A stretch of DNA of 64,000 nt, taken from Cyanophora paradoxa CCMP329 (taxonomy: Eukaryota; Plantae; Glaucophyta). The DNA is taken from the NCBI GenBank assembly GCA_004431415.1, contig QPMI01000578.1, forward strand, positions 40,054 through 104,053, in the 5' to 3' direction. A program made the translations under genes and the position numbers. How positions within the stretch are numbered: the first letter of the stretch is position 1; each line of letters begins with the position of its first letter. Shown here piece by piece: positions 39,301 through 53,009 of this stretch. Below the pieces are notes generated by a model. It did no database searches, was not told where the DNA came from, and saw nothing but the letters and a program-made list of their open reading frames with translations.

Positions 39301-42300
39301 GTATACATGCAGCTCTTGTCACGCACACGACGTTGTTTGGATGGCTGTTTCAGCAAATTAAATAAACTCTTGTCAGTACGTGGGCTTATTCAAAGGCGTA
39401 GCTGTAGGATCTTTCGGGCACGCACACGAGCCAGTAACCGGTCGGTTCTTGGTCTTCGTTGAGAAGGGACTGCGATGCAATAACATTGACGACGACATTC
39501 TGATCGATTACATTCCCGGTCTCTACACCGTCCTCGGTCTGCGCCAAACGAAACTCAGTTATATATCTGAAAACGTCACTAGTACTGTAAGCTGCAGCTG
39601 CAAGCCGCTGAGCGAAGATGTGCGCACAAAGTACGCGTTGCCTTGAATGTGGTCTGTACATGTGGAAGAACCGAGTGCACGTGCGAGGGGGTTGCGAGCG
39701 TGCATTAGCTTCAAGACATCAGAGAGGGATAAATATATCTAGATCTGTCAACGGGCGCACAGCCGACGTTGCGGATGACTCGGAGATCGTTCACCGCGTG
39801 AAGGGCTATGATGCGGTTCCACGAATAGTGGACAGCGTTCGAACGGAAGTAGCTCTGGGAAACGTTGTTCATCCTGAATTCGAAATTAGTTTCGTCACGG
39901 TCATGATCAGCACTAATATTATATATAATCGCGAAGAACGTCGTAATGGATGAATTCTGACGCACATGTGACTGCGAAGGTTCATTCAATTTTTTGATGT
40001 TAGAAATCATCACAGATCTAGAGCTCGAGAAGGACTACGTAATAGCGCACAAGTGAATTGCGTAGCGCCCGAGGTTGAAAGCCTGCCCTACATTGTAGAA
40101 CTCTGCGCGCAAGCTTGTGGTCAGGGGGCTATATATAGCTTCTGAGTTCGTTTGAAAGGCGTGCTTACCAACATTATCTTTTGAGCGCGAGAACGGAAGG
40201 CAAGGTCAGATCAATTTACTCGGATTCGTGTGAAAAGTGGAGCGATCGCGGCGCACCAATGCGAGTTGTGCTAGGCATGTCGGCCATCGAGTGCACGAAC
40301 AGAACAGCGCCAAAACGGTAGCCCAAAGATGCGGGATCGCCTTGCAGTTTCACATTTCGCGTGAGATAAATCACCTGCGAAATTGCAGATCGGCGACGAT
40401 TGGCAATGCAAAAATCTGCTGCACGCACCTCGCCGCGCATGTCGACATCGCGTGGTCCGAATCTCTCGATAACTGATGTTGCAAATATAATAAGCAATTG
40501 CGAGGTCAACAAAGGAAGACTCCCATTATCATCATGGGGTCCTTGCGCACCGCCTAGGTGTTTGTAGGCAAGAGGACGATCCAGGAAGACGGTGCGACGG
40601 TCTGCGGAGATGCCAGTAATGATTCGCTCCTCAGATTCTTTTTCAGCGTCGAATCCGGTGGAAGCGACGACGATCTTGCCCCCAATGTCCCCTGCCGGTC
40701 CCCATCACAAATTGCGGCGAAGACCCCAATCAGCAGAGAACATATAGATCTCACAATTAACTTCGTCTTTGAGCGTTCTGCAGCGCCGAGGGCAATCAAG
40801 AAATTAGAGAGAAAGAGAGAGAGAGAGAGGACAGAAGGGACGGGGGCGAGGGAAGGGGGGAACTTACATGTTCATGGACCCAGCCCAAACGGTCTGCGAA
40901 ATTCGCATACATCGCATACGCAAGTAAGTTTGGCGTCGAGATCTAGCCATGGCATGAGCAGAATGAAAACCCGACGGACCGACGCGAGCTTTGTCCAGGG
41001 CAGACGAGGCACGCCGTGCATGTCGAGCACGCCGCCCCGCTGGGCAAGAACCTTCGCTCCGAACTTCGGGATTTCCTTTGACATTGGCGTTCCGTAGAGC
41101 GTGATAGTAGCCTTGTGAGTGAATGGCTGATCAGCGGTGCCTATTTGGATGCGGGCCTTGGGACCTCTCATCATGATCCACTCTGCGTGCAGCTCGAGAT
41201 CTTGGTTGTCGTCGAAGATAAGCTGGCCTTCGACGACAATGAGGCGAAGCTTTGGCGGCGAAATGTCCATGAGTATCGTCTGGTCTTCCGGGACCCAGAT
41301 AGAATCGCCCTCAACCGGCGGCGGATCGCCGCCCCAAGTAGTGCGGCGCGACCACAGATCCACAAACTGATACGTTCCCTGCACGACGGCGACTCCTAGC
41401 CCTGGAATAAAGACTCGGGGTACGAAGATCGAATTGTTCTTGCACGGAGCCGTCTGCCGCACGCCAGCATGAGCGCCGAGAGCAATTGTTGTAAACATAT
41501 ACCATCATTTCTGCGCGCACCTCGCAAATAATAACTGTGTCATTGGCACCTGTGACCCTGCACGGCAGGCCATTCGGGCCGACGGATATTTCGGGGAGCT
41601 CGGCATCCGGGGAAGAAAGCTGCGATCCTTGGAGAGTGATGAGCTGCGCGCAGGATACAATTGTAGATTAGAAGCCGCTGGGAGGGAGGCAGGAAGCATT
41701 CAGTCAGTCGCACCGTTCCTCCAGCTGTAGATCCACGGTTCGGGGAGAGGGACGTAATGACAGGCTGGAAATTGTCGGGGTAGGAGAACAGTGAGTAGAA
41801 GGTCGACACGTTGGCCCCAGCGACGCTGCTAGAGAAAACCTCTACTCTGACGGGGCAGTCGGCGGCCGAGCTGATAAACGGTGAGGTTTTTGACAGAGCG
41901 CCCGTGCGACAGACGACCGTGGATGTATTGACGGAAATGACCGTGCAGTTCACACCGCAGAACGACACGCCTGTTGCTCGTAGCCCGGCGTCGTCAAAAC
42001 CCGAGCCGACGAGTGTGATGATTGCTCCGCCGCCTCGGGAGACTGCGCTCGGCTGCACAGACGAGACGGCAATGGCGACTCCGAACTTGGCGGAGCTTTG
42101 AACCGTCGATAATCCCCTATCAGCAACCAGGACAGTGATCTTTTGTCCAGAGCCCGCACGCCCCGCGGCAAGGGTGCAGACTATGGAGCCCGACGTCGCG
42201 GATGGAGTGCTGACAGACAAGACGGCGCACTGCGAAGTTCCGACCGCCACCGTCACATCTGAAGCGGAAAAGCCGGCTCCAAGCTGACCGGATATCGTAA

Positions 42301-45300
42301 TCGGTGATCCGGCTGCGGCCCACGCAGGTTCGACAGCCGTTACAACCGGGGTGAACTCGACGGCGCTGGAGTATGTGAGAGGTTGCGCTGACACGGTTCG
42401 TCCGTTGACAGTAACCGCTACTGCCGCAGAGCCCGCAGCGCTAGCGGGCAGGCGGCAAGAAATTCTGTTGGGCGACACCGCATTGAAGGAGACGTTGCAA
42501 GCCTTGCCGGCCACGCTGACTGACACGTTCCGCGCATCCGAGCCGAATCCGGATCCATCGAGGCGCAGCATCGCACCTCCGTTGATTGAGGAAGAGGTTG
42601 AAAGGGAGCCATCCGATTTCTCGATCCCCGTCGCAGTCACCGCGTGCTGATATATGAAGGTGGTAGCTGGGTTGGGCACGTTACCGCGTCCCGCAACGTA
42701 CACAACGAGCGGGAAAGTGCCAGCCAGACCCTTGCCGAGAGTGCAGAAGATTGTGTCGTTATCAGGAGCGTCCGAGCGCTGAACGTCTGTTACTATGCAG
42801 CCTGCAGGCCCCACGGTGACGATGTATGGCTCGGCAGCGTCCACGCCAGTGAGGTCTGGCAACGTGCCCTTGATTGCCAGGCTACTTCCTTCGGTGCCCG
42901 AAGTGGGCTCGACCGAGACAATGGTAGAGCCATCGGTGACATCGATCCCGCAGAGCGGAGCGATGGTGTCGAGGCAGACGACGTCAGCGCCGCCGATCGA
43001 GCTCAGGACGTACGTTCCCAGCGCCGACTCTGGGACGGACTGCATGTCGCACCAGAGCTCGCCAACGGAGATGTTCAGCACAAGACAGTCCAGAAGAGTC
43101 GAGTTTTTCTTCAGCGTGACCCGCGCTTGCTGCGCTGAAGGGTTCACCGTTCCGACAAGGCCCAGGCGAAGATGCGTGCCTCCAGTAAACAGAGTCTTTT
43201 TGCTGGACATCGAGGTTACGTGGGCCGCGAACGTGTACGCAAGGTCCCCGCTGGCCGCGCCGACGTCGGGGAACACGACCGACAGGTTGAAACTGCCTGG
43301 CCGGCCTGCGCCCGCAAGGCACTCGATGTGAGTGCTGTTGAAGGCGGTGGCGTCCACAGTGCATTCAACCCCGCCCATCGCAACTCTCGGTTGCTTCGAA
43401 GAGAGGTCGAAGCCAGTGCCTTCAATAGTAACGGCCATGCTTGCCGCGCCGATCGTGGGGCGAACGGAAGTGATCGAAGGCGTGCGGGCTGCGATTCCGA
43501 GTGATTAATCACTAGCTATATAGAAATTACGGACTTATTGAGCATGTAATCAGCGATCGCTTATATGCACCAGGATCAAAAGAGTACGAAAGCAATGTGC
43601 CGGTCGCGACATCTCGCATCGGCACCTGCAGCTGCACATCTCCAAACAGGACGGAAGTCGCGATCACGCTGTGGGTGATGCCGGCGACGGGGTCCGCGCT
43701 TGCCGCCGTCGGAGTGCATACCAATGCCTTCCGAGCCGCAGATACGACGGCGCACGACACGTTCGCAGACGGGCCTTGGAGCGTGACCTCGGACAGTTGG
43801 GATCCGGTGGGGAAGCCGCTACCAGCGAACGTGATGAAGTTGCGACCGAGAAAAGAGCCAGAAGTGGGGGACACGCTCGAGATGTCTGCGTCAGGCGTGA
43901 GAAAGAGCTCGCGTTTGCAGGTGATCAGGCGGTAGATTTGAATGCATATGCTCACATGTGCCAACGGAAACAGTCACTGCACTCGAAGACCGGCCGTAAC
44001 TGGACGTCAGAACGGCGACTCGCTGGTCCCCAATCGGAAGGCGATCTCGCACAACGCAGAACAGAGCTGTATCATTTGAGAGGTTGGAGTCGATTTGGCA
44101 ATTTACATCGCCGATACTAGCTGAAATAGCGCTGGTGAGCTTCGTGCCGACGATTGTGAAGCTAGTCGATTCTCCGAAAGATCCGATCGAATCAGGAGTA
44201 ATGCTGGTCACACTTGGCGTGGAATCTGCGGGACAGTTCTGAAATCACAAACGTGCAAATTCGAATCCATGAAAAGGGCCGGGCGCGGGCTCACCCGCGG
44301 AGGTAGAGACTGCTCCAACGAGCTGCCTCGTCTGTCCGCTGATTGTGACAGTGAGACCATAGGTATTTGCACTCAAGGCCGGGGCGGTGCAGATGATGCT
44401 TTCGTAGCTCACGACAACAGCCGAACAAGGCTCCCCGCCGACAGTAACCGAGACTTCCGACGTATTTGTGACGGGGCCCATCGCAGCGCCAACAATGGTG
44501 AAGTTGTTTCCGCCTACATCAAATTAAACGTCAAGAAGGCCGCGAGAATGTCAAGCACAGTAGCGCACCCAGCACGCCGACAGACGTTGGAGTCACGGAA
44601 TCGACCCCTGCAGAAATGCTATCGGCGAGAATACGAAGAATCGAAAGAACATGGAAGTATTTATAAAATTAGGCGCACGGAGATTGTACGTGAACGTCGC
44701 GGAAGACCTGCTCAACCCCAGCGGAAGGACGTTGAGGCTTACGGAGTACAGACCCGCAACGATGCGAGGGAGGGTACACGAGACGACCGTGCTCGAGGCC
44801 GCGAAAGCGCTGCACGCTTCCTTCCGGCTGCCTTGGATGAGGTGCACGCTAACGTCGTAGGTCCCGTTGAGCGTCTTGAAGTCGCCGGTCAGCGTCATCG
44901 TCTCACCACCGACGCCGGAGGTTGGGGAGATAGAGTTCACGACAGCCGTCGCCTCTGCGTCGAGCAATGATCATGAGAAAGGAAGCTAATTTATTTCACA
45001 GAACTTCATATTTTCTCTAGATCTGCAGCGCTGATTGTTGAGCGGATGTTCGCACCGCTCGCGTAAGAGAGACTGCAGCTGCTGTTCTCGGAGGGGCGAC
45101 AGTAGGCTTGTATATTGTTGGACCAGACTTGTACCTGCGGAGTTGTTTCTGCGGGGCGGAGGTGTCAGAACATGAGCAAGTAATTGCAAGCCACCACGAA
45201 GCGAAATGTGTGCACCGACGGTTGACAGCATCTCAGCGGGTATAGGCGCAAACAGAACGCCGCCGCGAATGACTTCTGACACGGAAACGGCGATCGTATC

Positions 45301-47842
45301 GTTAAGGTCCGAATTCAATGAATTCTGCAGTCGAAGGTTGGAAGCATCTACGACGAGGTCAGGAAGGTCGCCCGGCAGGTTCTTGAATTTCATCTGAATT
45401 TCGGGGCTCGAGGTCAGAGCCGGCTGACGAGACACAGCAGAGCGCACGCGGGCCCGGGGCCGGCGCGCGTACCCTGTAAGCTGTGCTCGGGCAGAGCGTG
45501 CGAGACGTGAAAGAGGCCTCCTTTGTCACGGCAACGTCGAGGTTGTCGAGCAGAAGAGCGTTGCTGAGGGAAGCTGCGTCCGTGTCCCAGGCGTACGGGC
45601 CGGCGCTTTGAATCCGCTTGCCGCTCAGCGGGGCCCACGAGGAGCTAATATTCCACGTCCCGGTTACGTTGGTCTCCACCGAACGAACCTTGCTTGCCGA
45701 AGCGCGTACATCTCCGGAGTCGGAGGTAGAGAACGCGGGCACGGGTGAGCACGTCTTGACGGAAACCTTCGCAGCCATCAGCCATCATGATCAATTTTTA
45801 AACATTGCAACTGATCGATTGACGCGCAAGGCCGCACAGTGTACTGGTACTTCACAGTGTCTCCAGAAGAAAGGTCTTCACGGGTGACGTCCACGCCATG
45901 CACCCAATCTGACGCGTACGGCCATGTCGGTGTAAGTTATATAATTATAAAATCACCTGTTCTGAACACTTTGAAACTAAAGCTCAAGCTCGGGCTTCAA
46001 ATGGCGCACCGCTTGGTAGAGTAGAAATGGACACGTCGTCAATGTGCCACGGTCCTGAAAATTGCGAAACATGCACAGTTAGGCTGCTTAGCTTGTGTGC
46101 AGATTTATAATTAGAAATTAGAGTATATCAAGTCGGGAACCTAGCAGAGTATTGACATTGTCGTGATGGAAAATCATAGATCTGATAAAGTGCGATCTGG
46201 AGCCACGATATGCGTCGAGTTGGGCGTCGAGGTCGATGCATGCACTGCGCAGAAGAACTCAAGTGAGCGTGCCGAGGCGCGACATCAATTCAAGGGTGGA
46301 GGAGACGGACTATCGCCAGGTGTTATCAGCGACGATGTTGGGCCATCGAGCGACCTCGAAGTAATTGTTTGGGCGCACTGCCCTGATAGGCATTGTCATC
46401 GCCACAGACCTCCAGCCCTCATCAACAATTTCAACTGTTTCGGGGTGCACGTGTAAACCATTAGGATGTTGGTGCGGGGCGGCCGGGGCCAAATTAAAGA
46501 TGTGCATTTATACGTAGAAGTATGCGCCCAGATCGAATCCGTGCGCACCAAGCATGTTCGCTCTGGAGGTAGGGGGGATCTTGTACGCCATGCAGACCAC
46601 GGGGAACTTTTTCCTGCATTGAGAAGGTCATTGAAAGTTTGTATACAAGTACTCATAACTGACGATCGCGATGAGACCGCAACTCACGTGTCGTATGAAG
46701 AACCGCTCAAGCCGGGGCGGCTGAGCCAGTTACCATTCTCGAAGATGCGCGTAGACAGCGATGACGTCGGCGGAAAATACACGGAGCTCGACCCTGTATG
46801 CGCATCCGTTGTGTTCCTTCTGGGCCCTGTGTCTGAATTGCGCGCAGGGTACGACTGAACTGTCGCTCCAGTCTCGAAACTGTCGTGGAAAAGCAGCTGC
46901 GCCTTGGTCCCTCGGATAATTTTATCCTGCCGGTGTGTGTTGAGCATTGAACTTATCGCGTCCTTCATCTGATCAGCCGTTGCCGTGGCAGGTACGGAGA
47001 CAGTCACTGTCTGCTCGCCAAACTTGATAGAGACGGTCATATTTGGCGGCGTCGCGGAAGCTGGAAAATCAAAGGTGATTGTCTGTACGTCGGGCGCTAT
47101 CCGGGTTGCGACGGTCAGAGTCTGGACCTCATCAAATGCCTCCATTCCCCCGTTGTGAACGTCGACTTTTCCGAGCTGCGCCTCGTTCGCCAACGGAGCC
47201 CTGTAGCAGCAATTCATTATATATATAGAGGGCAACGGTAAAACGCTGTTAAGATCTCTAGAACTAGGCTTACCCCATCCTGACGGAGATAGTATGCAAA
47301 GCGCTACCGCCGCTTTGTACTTGAAGACTTCTCATGAAAAGTTGCTCCCCCGCGGTCAGATAGAAAGTCTGGGATGTCTGCATGCATGCAGGTCATCGAA
47401 GGAACGAGCCTCGGTATTCAAGGCAGAACCGTTGAACAGAACAAGATTAATACCTGCGATGCGAACTTCCAGGTTTCGTACGCCCACGTGGAACCCGGGT
47501 TCTCGGCGATTCTAGTGAGATTCTGCATTGACGGGCCCGCCTCGAGCTCTGAATTATCGTCCGAGCCTGGGATTGCGGGACTTAGATTCAGAGCGCGCGC
47601 GTTCAATTAGTAAACAAAGATGAACTAACACAGGTAAAAGGTGTACGAAGTCGTGTACGGGGCCGTAAAAACCATGGTCATCCGTTGGCCAGTGTTCGAT
47701 TCCCAGTTCCGAGGTTGCTCGTCCGCCGCTCCCAGAATCTTGACGAGGTACGGTGGCGAGCTCGCGTTGCTCATACGGATGCGTAGTTGAGCGAGCGTGA
47801 CCGGACTCAGATTGTTCCACCTCTCCAGTCTCACGCCTCGCA
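28773..47842 (-). CDS. Fibrocystin/PKHD1L1-like giant cell-surface protein (PA14, multiple IPT/TIG, two G8 domains, beta-helix repeats) with C-terminal CAP domain, (SP)n stalk and single TM helix; 5' end not found
   Basis: PA14-like [23 protein letters not shown] (~47640-47840). IPT repeats ([24 protein letters not shown]; [15 protein letters not shown]). G8 [46 protein letters not shown] (~41100-41370); second G8 ~36150-36510. [50 protein letters not shown]; stop at 28773. Some frameshifts, e.g. ~32355 and ~30775. Confidence 0.8.
30110..31035 (-). repeat. Coding tandem repeat (~42-bp unit) encoding (SP)n-TETP, a hydroxyproline-rich-type stalk
   Basis: ggcgtctcggtcgggcttggcgacgggctcgggctggggctc repeated about 20 times. 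Confidence 0.9.
31045..31545 (-). other. CAP/SCP/PR-1 domain within the giant gene (two exons)
   Basis: [27 protein letters not shown]|[24 protein letters not shown], i.e. the GENL and GHFTQ-like CAP motifs. Confidence 0.85.
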
Positions 47843-48290
47843 CTGGGAGCCAGGAATTAAGTTTACCACATGGTAAACTTGCAACTTCACTCACTTAGGG
47901 CTGACTTTACCACACCTGTCTTTACCCCACCTAGGAAAGCCGCGCGGGGGAGCACTGCTGCCGTGCTAAATGTGCTTAGCTAGGCATAAGTGCATGGGAT
48001 CCATTGAGCGCCGATGGCCCGGTAGCTTCTGTGGTCCGTCGTGGATGCGAGCACAACTCGTCAAGAGAGCGACGCATGCGGGCTGCCTTGACTGGTTCAA
48101 GTGTTCTAAAAGGTCGTTTAGAGACGATTTGCAGCTTTTAAGGGGAGGTTGTTGGGCGGCCCGACCTCGGCCAACTTCACCCAGGCCCGACCATTATGAG
48201 CTGGGGCGCAGCGCACAGCGCTTTGAATGCGGTAAGCATTGATTTCAGCTACGTTACAACCGAAGTACGGCTGCCACATCGGTGCTCTTG

Positions 48291-48724
48291 AGACCGATGG
48301 CTGCCAATGGTTGCGTACCGAACGCTCAGACCGAGCGCCGCCGAGGTAGCCGGCGGTGCTAACGCCTCTAGCTAGCTAGATCGCGTGCTCTAGCTAGTTC
48401 TCCGACCGCCGGGTGCCGCCGTTGGAGCCTTGCTGGTGCGGTGGTCGGACGGGTACCCCCTGCGAGTAGTTCCCCCGGGCAAAGTCGCCGGGGCAAAGTC
48501 GCCGGGGCAAACTTGCCGGGGCGAAGTCGCGGTTTCCGGAGCGCAGGATCTGGAGCTGTGTTCTGCTAGCGTCCAAGTGCTGTCGGCGTGGCAAGCGGTC
48601 AAAGTGCTGTCGGCGTGGAAGCGTGGCACGTGGCGCTCGAAAAGGTGCGCCGGAGGCCTTCTTTCCGCACCCATAGCGGCCTTGCGCGTGCGTCCGTGCG
48701 GCCTCCCTTGACAGGAGCGTCTCT
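48291..48724. repeat. Dispersed element X, copy 1 (~430 bp; internal 14-bp array gggcaaagtcgccg)
   Basis: Near-identical to 50976-51414, 54563-54893 and 57866-57962. Confidence 0.9.
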
Positions 48725-48729
48725 CGCGC

Positions 48730-49879
48730 GGGCAGCTCCGACAGCGGAGTAGGCAGTCGGCTGCTTCTTCAGGCGCGGCGGTCTCGGCGATCGCTACTGC
48801 GATGTCGGCGGAGCCAAACCGCTCCGTCGAGGTGAGCGTTTTCGCGGACTTGCGGTACTACCCGTGGGGCATCCAGGACCCTGAAGAGACGCAAGGTACT
48901 TGTCGCTTTTGCGACCAGGATGCCATACCATAGAAAACCCCTGTGCAGTTCCTGTGCGAGGCATGGCTGTGCGATTCACGATCAATGTTTCGGAGTCGTG
49001 GCCGGAAGCGTTAGTGGCCGATGTGTGCCGTGAGTATTTCGTGCCCAAATCCAATGTAGCGCTGTATTGGTACAACCCAGAAACCAATGGATTCGAGCGG
49101 CCGGTGCGAAAGTTCCTTGCGTCTGACGATGATTTCTGATGCGGCTTCCGCGAATTCACGCGTGCGCGTGCATGCGCACAGACATCGAAACCACAGGGAC
49201 CATCTCCAGGCGATCTCTTCTACCTCACGGGCGACCAATTTCCGCCGGGAGCGGAGCCCGCACGATACCTGGCAAGATTGGCCGCCCGTTTCTCAAAGGC
49301 ACCAGCGACGGCAGCGACGCAGAACAGCGATGCTCTAGATATAACTTCGCTCGTGCCGCCACCGCTCGACACGCGCGGACTCCTTTGTCTGCGCGCGACG
49401 CCACCAGTCGAGAATATTAATGAAGGAAACAGCTCCGTAGCGGTGCATGTTGTAGCGGACGATTGGAGAATTATGTCAGGTGCCCATTTATCCCGTTTCA
49501 GAGACATTTCTTACAGAATTAATGGGCCTGTGCAGATCTTGTGCAAGTCAATGATCCGGATTCGGGTCGTGGCCGGACGCGCTGCTGGCGCGGGCGTGCA
49601 GCGAGTTTCTCGTACCGAAAAACAATGTAGCGCTGTATTGGTTCAACCCAGAAACCAGTGGATTCGAGCGGCCGGTGCAAGCTTTCTTTGCGTCTGACGA
49701 TGATTTCTGATGCGGCTTCCGGATCCGCGAATTCACGCGTGCGCGTGCATGTGCACAGACATCGAAACCTCAGGGACCATCACCGGGTGATTTCTTCTAC
49801 CTCGCGGGCGACCAGTTCCCGCGGGGATCCGGAGAACGAGCGCAGGCCTCGAACTACCTGTCGCGAATGCGAGCCATGA
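48730..49879 (+). CDS. Family member 1: two tandem copies of the shared ~110-aa domain, no recognisable H3-like tail (frameshifted as assembled)
   Basis: SVEV.VFAD.., VRFTINVSESWPEALVA..LYWYNPETNGFERP|TSKPQGPSPGDLFYL, then NEGNSSVAVHVVAD..SG|PVQI. Intron positions match the other copies. Confidence 0.55.
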
Positions 49880-50270
49880 TTGCTCTGGAAAACATCCGCT
49901 CAATGGCGACGTATAGTGCTAGCTAGCTTCATTATTCCTGATGCACTACGCGTACGGCGCCGGCTTCGTCTCGAATACGAATTCGACCAGCATGTATATT
50001 CTCTAGTGGTTTTCGCATACATGGCTCTCTAGAGAATTCGAACTCTTCGATTTATGCGACCGCTAGCGCTCCGCGGCAGCGTTGTCCCAAGGCCGATACG
50101 CTCATTTGCGGCAAAGGATTCGAATTAAGAAAAATACAGCAATCTCTGCGCAGACGAATTCGAATCTCTGTTCCGCTCAGCGGCTAGCTATAGCGTGCAT
50201 GGCGCCGGCGGCCACGACTTCGAATAAGATGCAGCTGTCGGGCCGCTAGGGGCCTTGAAACGGGCAATAG

Positions 50271-50918
50271 CTAGGATCCGAAAACGGTCGCCAGGAAGGG
50301 CGCGTGCTCGACTTCTGGGATCACCGAATCCTCGCGACGTAGTACAGATCATCCGGGATGGCCCTGGACTCGACCTCTGTGCACGCGCAAGCGTGAATTC
50401 GCGAATGCCGCATCATGATCAGAAATCGAGGGAAGACGGAAAGATATCTTGCACCGGCTCGAAGTACTCGGCAAAGAACTCGAGGTAAATGAAGCACCGA
50501 CTTGCTGGGTCGTATCGATACATCATCAGCGCATCAGGGTGCGCGTGGTATGTGCTGCGGACGAGTTCACGGTACGCAGCCTCCAGAAGATCTGTCTGCC
50601 ACGTCTCTGAAACATAGATCTTCAATCTAACAGGCCCTGCGCTGTTTAGATTAGGGCACAAGCTTAAGGCATCGATGCAACCGTGGTCGCACCTGTCATA
50701 TCAGTGATGCCCACCGGAAGGGGCCGGCAGTCCCCGAGAACGCGCACCTCGACAGAGCTGCCCGCGTTCTCGAGCCGCGATCGCGGCGCGTACAGAGCAA
50801 TCAGCGCTTCCGACTCGGCGACCTGCTCTTCTGTTGGCTCTGGTACTGGTGGCGCCGACCGCGGCTTCCGTGAAGTAACGAGCTGTTTTCGAATACGTTT
50901 TCCCCATGCGGTAAGCAT
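50271..50918 (-). CDS. Family member 2: degenerate H3-tail-like N-terminus plus shared domain (3 exons)
   Basis: GKRIRKQLVTSRKPRSAP (cf. H3 GKAPRKQLATKAARKSAP), then PTEEQVAESEALIALYAPR..SSVEVRVLGDCR..MTG|PVRLKIYVSETWQTDLLEAAYREL..YRYDPASRCF. Confidence 0.65.
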
Positions 50919-50975
50919 CGATCTCAGCTACTTTACAAACGAACTACGAGCGCCAAGTTGGTGGTCTCGAGCTCG

Positions 50976-51414
50976 AGACCGATGGCCGCGTACCGAACGC
51001 TCAGACCGAGCGCCGCCGAGGTAGCCGGCGGTGCTAAAGCCTCTAGCTAGCTAGATCGCGTGCTCTAGCTAGTTCTCCGACCGCCGGGTGCCGCCGTTGG
51101 AGCCTTGCTAGTGTGGTGGTCGGACGGGTACCCCCTGCGCGTAGTTCCCCCCGGGCAAAGTCGCCGGGGCAAAGTCGCCGGGGCAAACTTGCCGGGGCGA
51201 AGTCGCGGTTTCCGGAGCGCCGGATCTGGAGCTGTGTTCTGCTAGCGTCCGAAGTGCTGTCGGCGTGGCAAGCGGTCAAAGTGCTGTCGGCGTGGAAGCG
51301 TGGCACGTGGCGCTCGAAAAGGTGCGCCGGATGCCTTCTTTCCGCATCCATGGCCATGGCGGGGTTAAGCTGCGCGTGCGTCCGTGCGGCCTCCCTTGAC
51401 AGATGCGTCTCTCA
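50976..51414. repeat. Dispersed element X, copy 2, between divergent genes
   Basis: Sequence identity to copy 1. Confidence 0.9.
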
Positions 51415-51417
51415 GGG

Positions 51418-52330
51418 ATGGATGCACACGAGGAGACGAAACGCGAGTTCGAAGAGAGCGGCCAGGAGCGTGCGGAGAAACGCCAGCTGGAGACTTTCCA
51501 AGACGCCGGGGCGAACTTTCCGGAGCGAAGTCGCATGAGCGCTATTAAGCGCCCGCGTGCCGGAGATGCGTATGATGCGAAGGACGCAAAGGATGAAGTA
51601 CGCGCGGTCACACTTCATATCGCTACATCCAGCGTGCGTCTGCTCGCTCGCGCTTCGAATTCTTTGCTCGCTCGGCCACAAATTTAAACCACGCGCGCAG
51701 GAGATGCCCGTGGTCACTCTCGAAATCTCCAGCCCCGCCTGCATCGTCGTGCGGCCCGCCCGCCGGCGCCTCTTGCTCGTTTTCTCAGACCAGCCGGCTT
51801 GCCATTGGCACAGGACCCGGAGCAGAGCACCTTCAAGCCCAAGCAGCGGCTGCCGGCAGAGGGGCTGGCCATCATCGAGGCCACCCTGCGTGCCCACCAG
51901 CCCCGCACGGTCGCATTGCGGCTTGAGAAGTGCGCGCGGCTCCCGAGCGCCGCCTCGTGCACTAAGTGCAGCCCGCAGCGCCCGCCTCGAGGACATTCCG
52001 GCATCGCTGCAGGATATCCTCGTCGAGAAGGTTGCGCACATCCACCTCGTCGGCGAGACCACGCTGCACCCGTTCCCAGAGGAGAACGCAGAGTCGGCCC
52101 TCGTCTATGCTACTATGTCGGACCTTCGCAAGCGTGGGCTGCTCACGATGACCATGTCGCCCGAGGTGCGGCACGGCCATGGCCAGCTAGCGCCCTCCCT
52201 TTCCTCGACCCCGCCCATCTGCAACCCAGGTACCCTGGCTCGTGGACCCCCTCAAGTTCGTTTGCGGCGAGTTGCCACCCTACAACAAGATTTTCCAACG
52301 GTTTAACACCTTCATGGAGCACATCTACGG
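51418..52330 (+). CDS. Hypothetical multi-exon protein starting MDAHEETKREFEES (divergent partner gene)
   Basis: ATG directly after element X. GT-AG-bounded exons EMPVVTLEISSPACIV / DPEQSTFKPKQRL / RLEDIPASLQDILVEK. Same N-terminus as 54898. Confidence 0.45.
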
Positions 52331-52778
52331 CCCCTTCCTGTGAAATCAATCAGGGCAGGCACTCGTTATGCACTACGGCGCCGACATGTAATGCGCTACC
52401 TCAGTAGCTCTGAAACCCTGACTTCAATTAAATAGTGCACGCCTCCGCCTCGCCTATCGCCGGAGTCGACATTAGCAGTTGACGACGCTCAAATGGCAGG
52501 CGCGCGCTTTAGGCGAGAAAGCGCCATCGCTGAGCTACATGAAGCTCTCCACGCGTACATTCATGGGTTGCCGCTGCCCACAAGGGAGCCGACAAGTCGA
52601 CAACCGGCATCTTCGATGACAGGTGCATGCACATGCAGTTTTGCGGTCAAACCAGAATTGAGGAGAAACAGATCAAAAACCAAACCAGAACCAAGCTCGC
52701 CAAGATGTTCGAACCAGGGTGAAAGTGTCCAAATGGATTCCTGGTGCGAGGGTATCCGGGATTAGCTATGTGTCACTT

Positions 52779-53009
52779 GCAGTGATGTGTTCGGCATCGA
52801 TACCGGTATATTCGGATCCAGGGTATTGATTGAGTTTCCAGCTCAATCGCGAGCGTCTGCAGCTGGCATGGCTTATGTGAAGGCAGCACAGAAAACCATC
52901 GTGACATTCTTGTGCATGGTACACTCAAGATCTAAATATCGCGCGCAGTGATGTGTTCGGCATCGATACCGGTATATTCGGATCCAGGGTATTGATTGAG
53001 TTTCCAGCT
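52779..53009. repeat. 65-bp exact direct repeat
   Basis: 52779-52843 equals 52945-53009. Confidence 0.9.

Noticed and set aside
48470-48535. CRISPR-like array from the 14-bp repeats (also considered for the 102-bp array)
   Set aside because: Units are contiguous with no unique spacers, there are no cas genes, and the context is eukaryotic.
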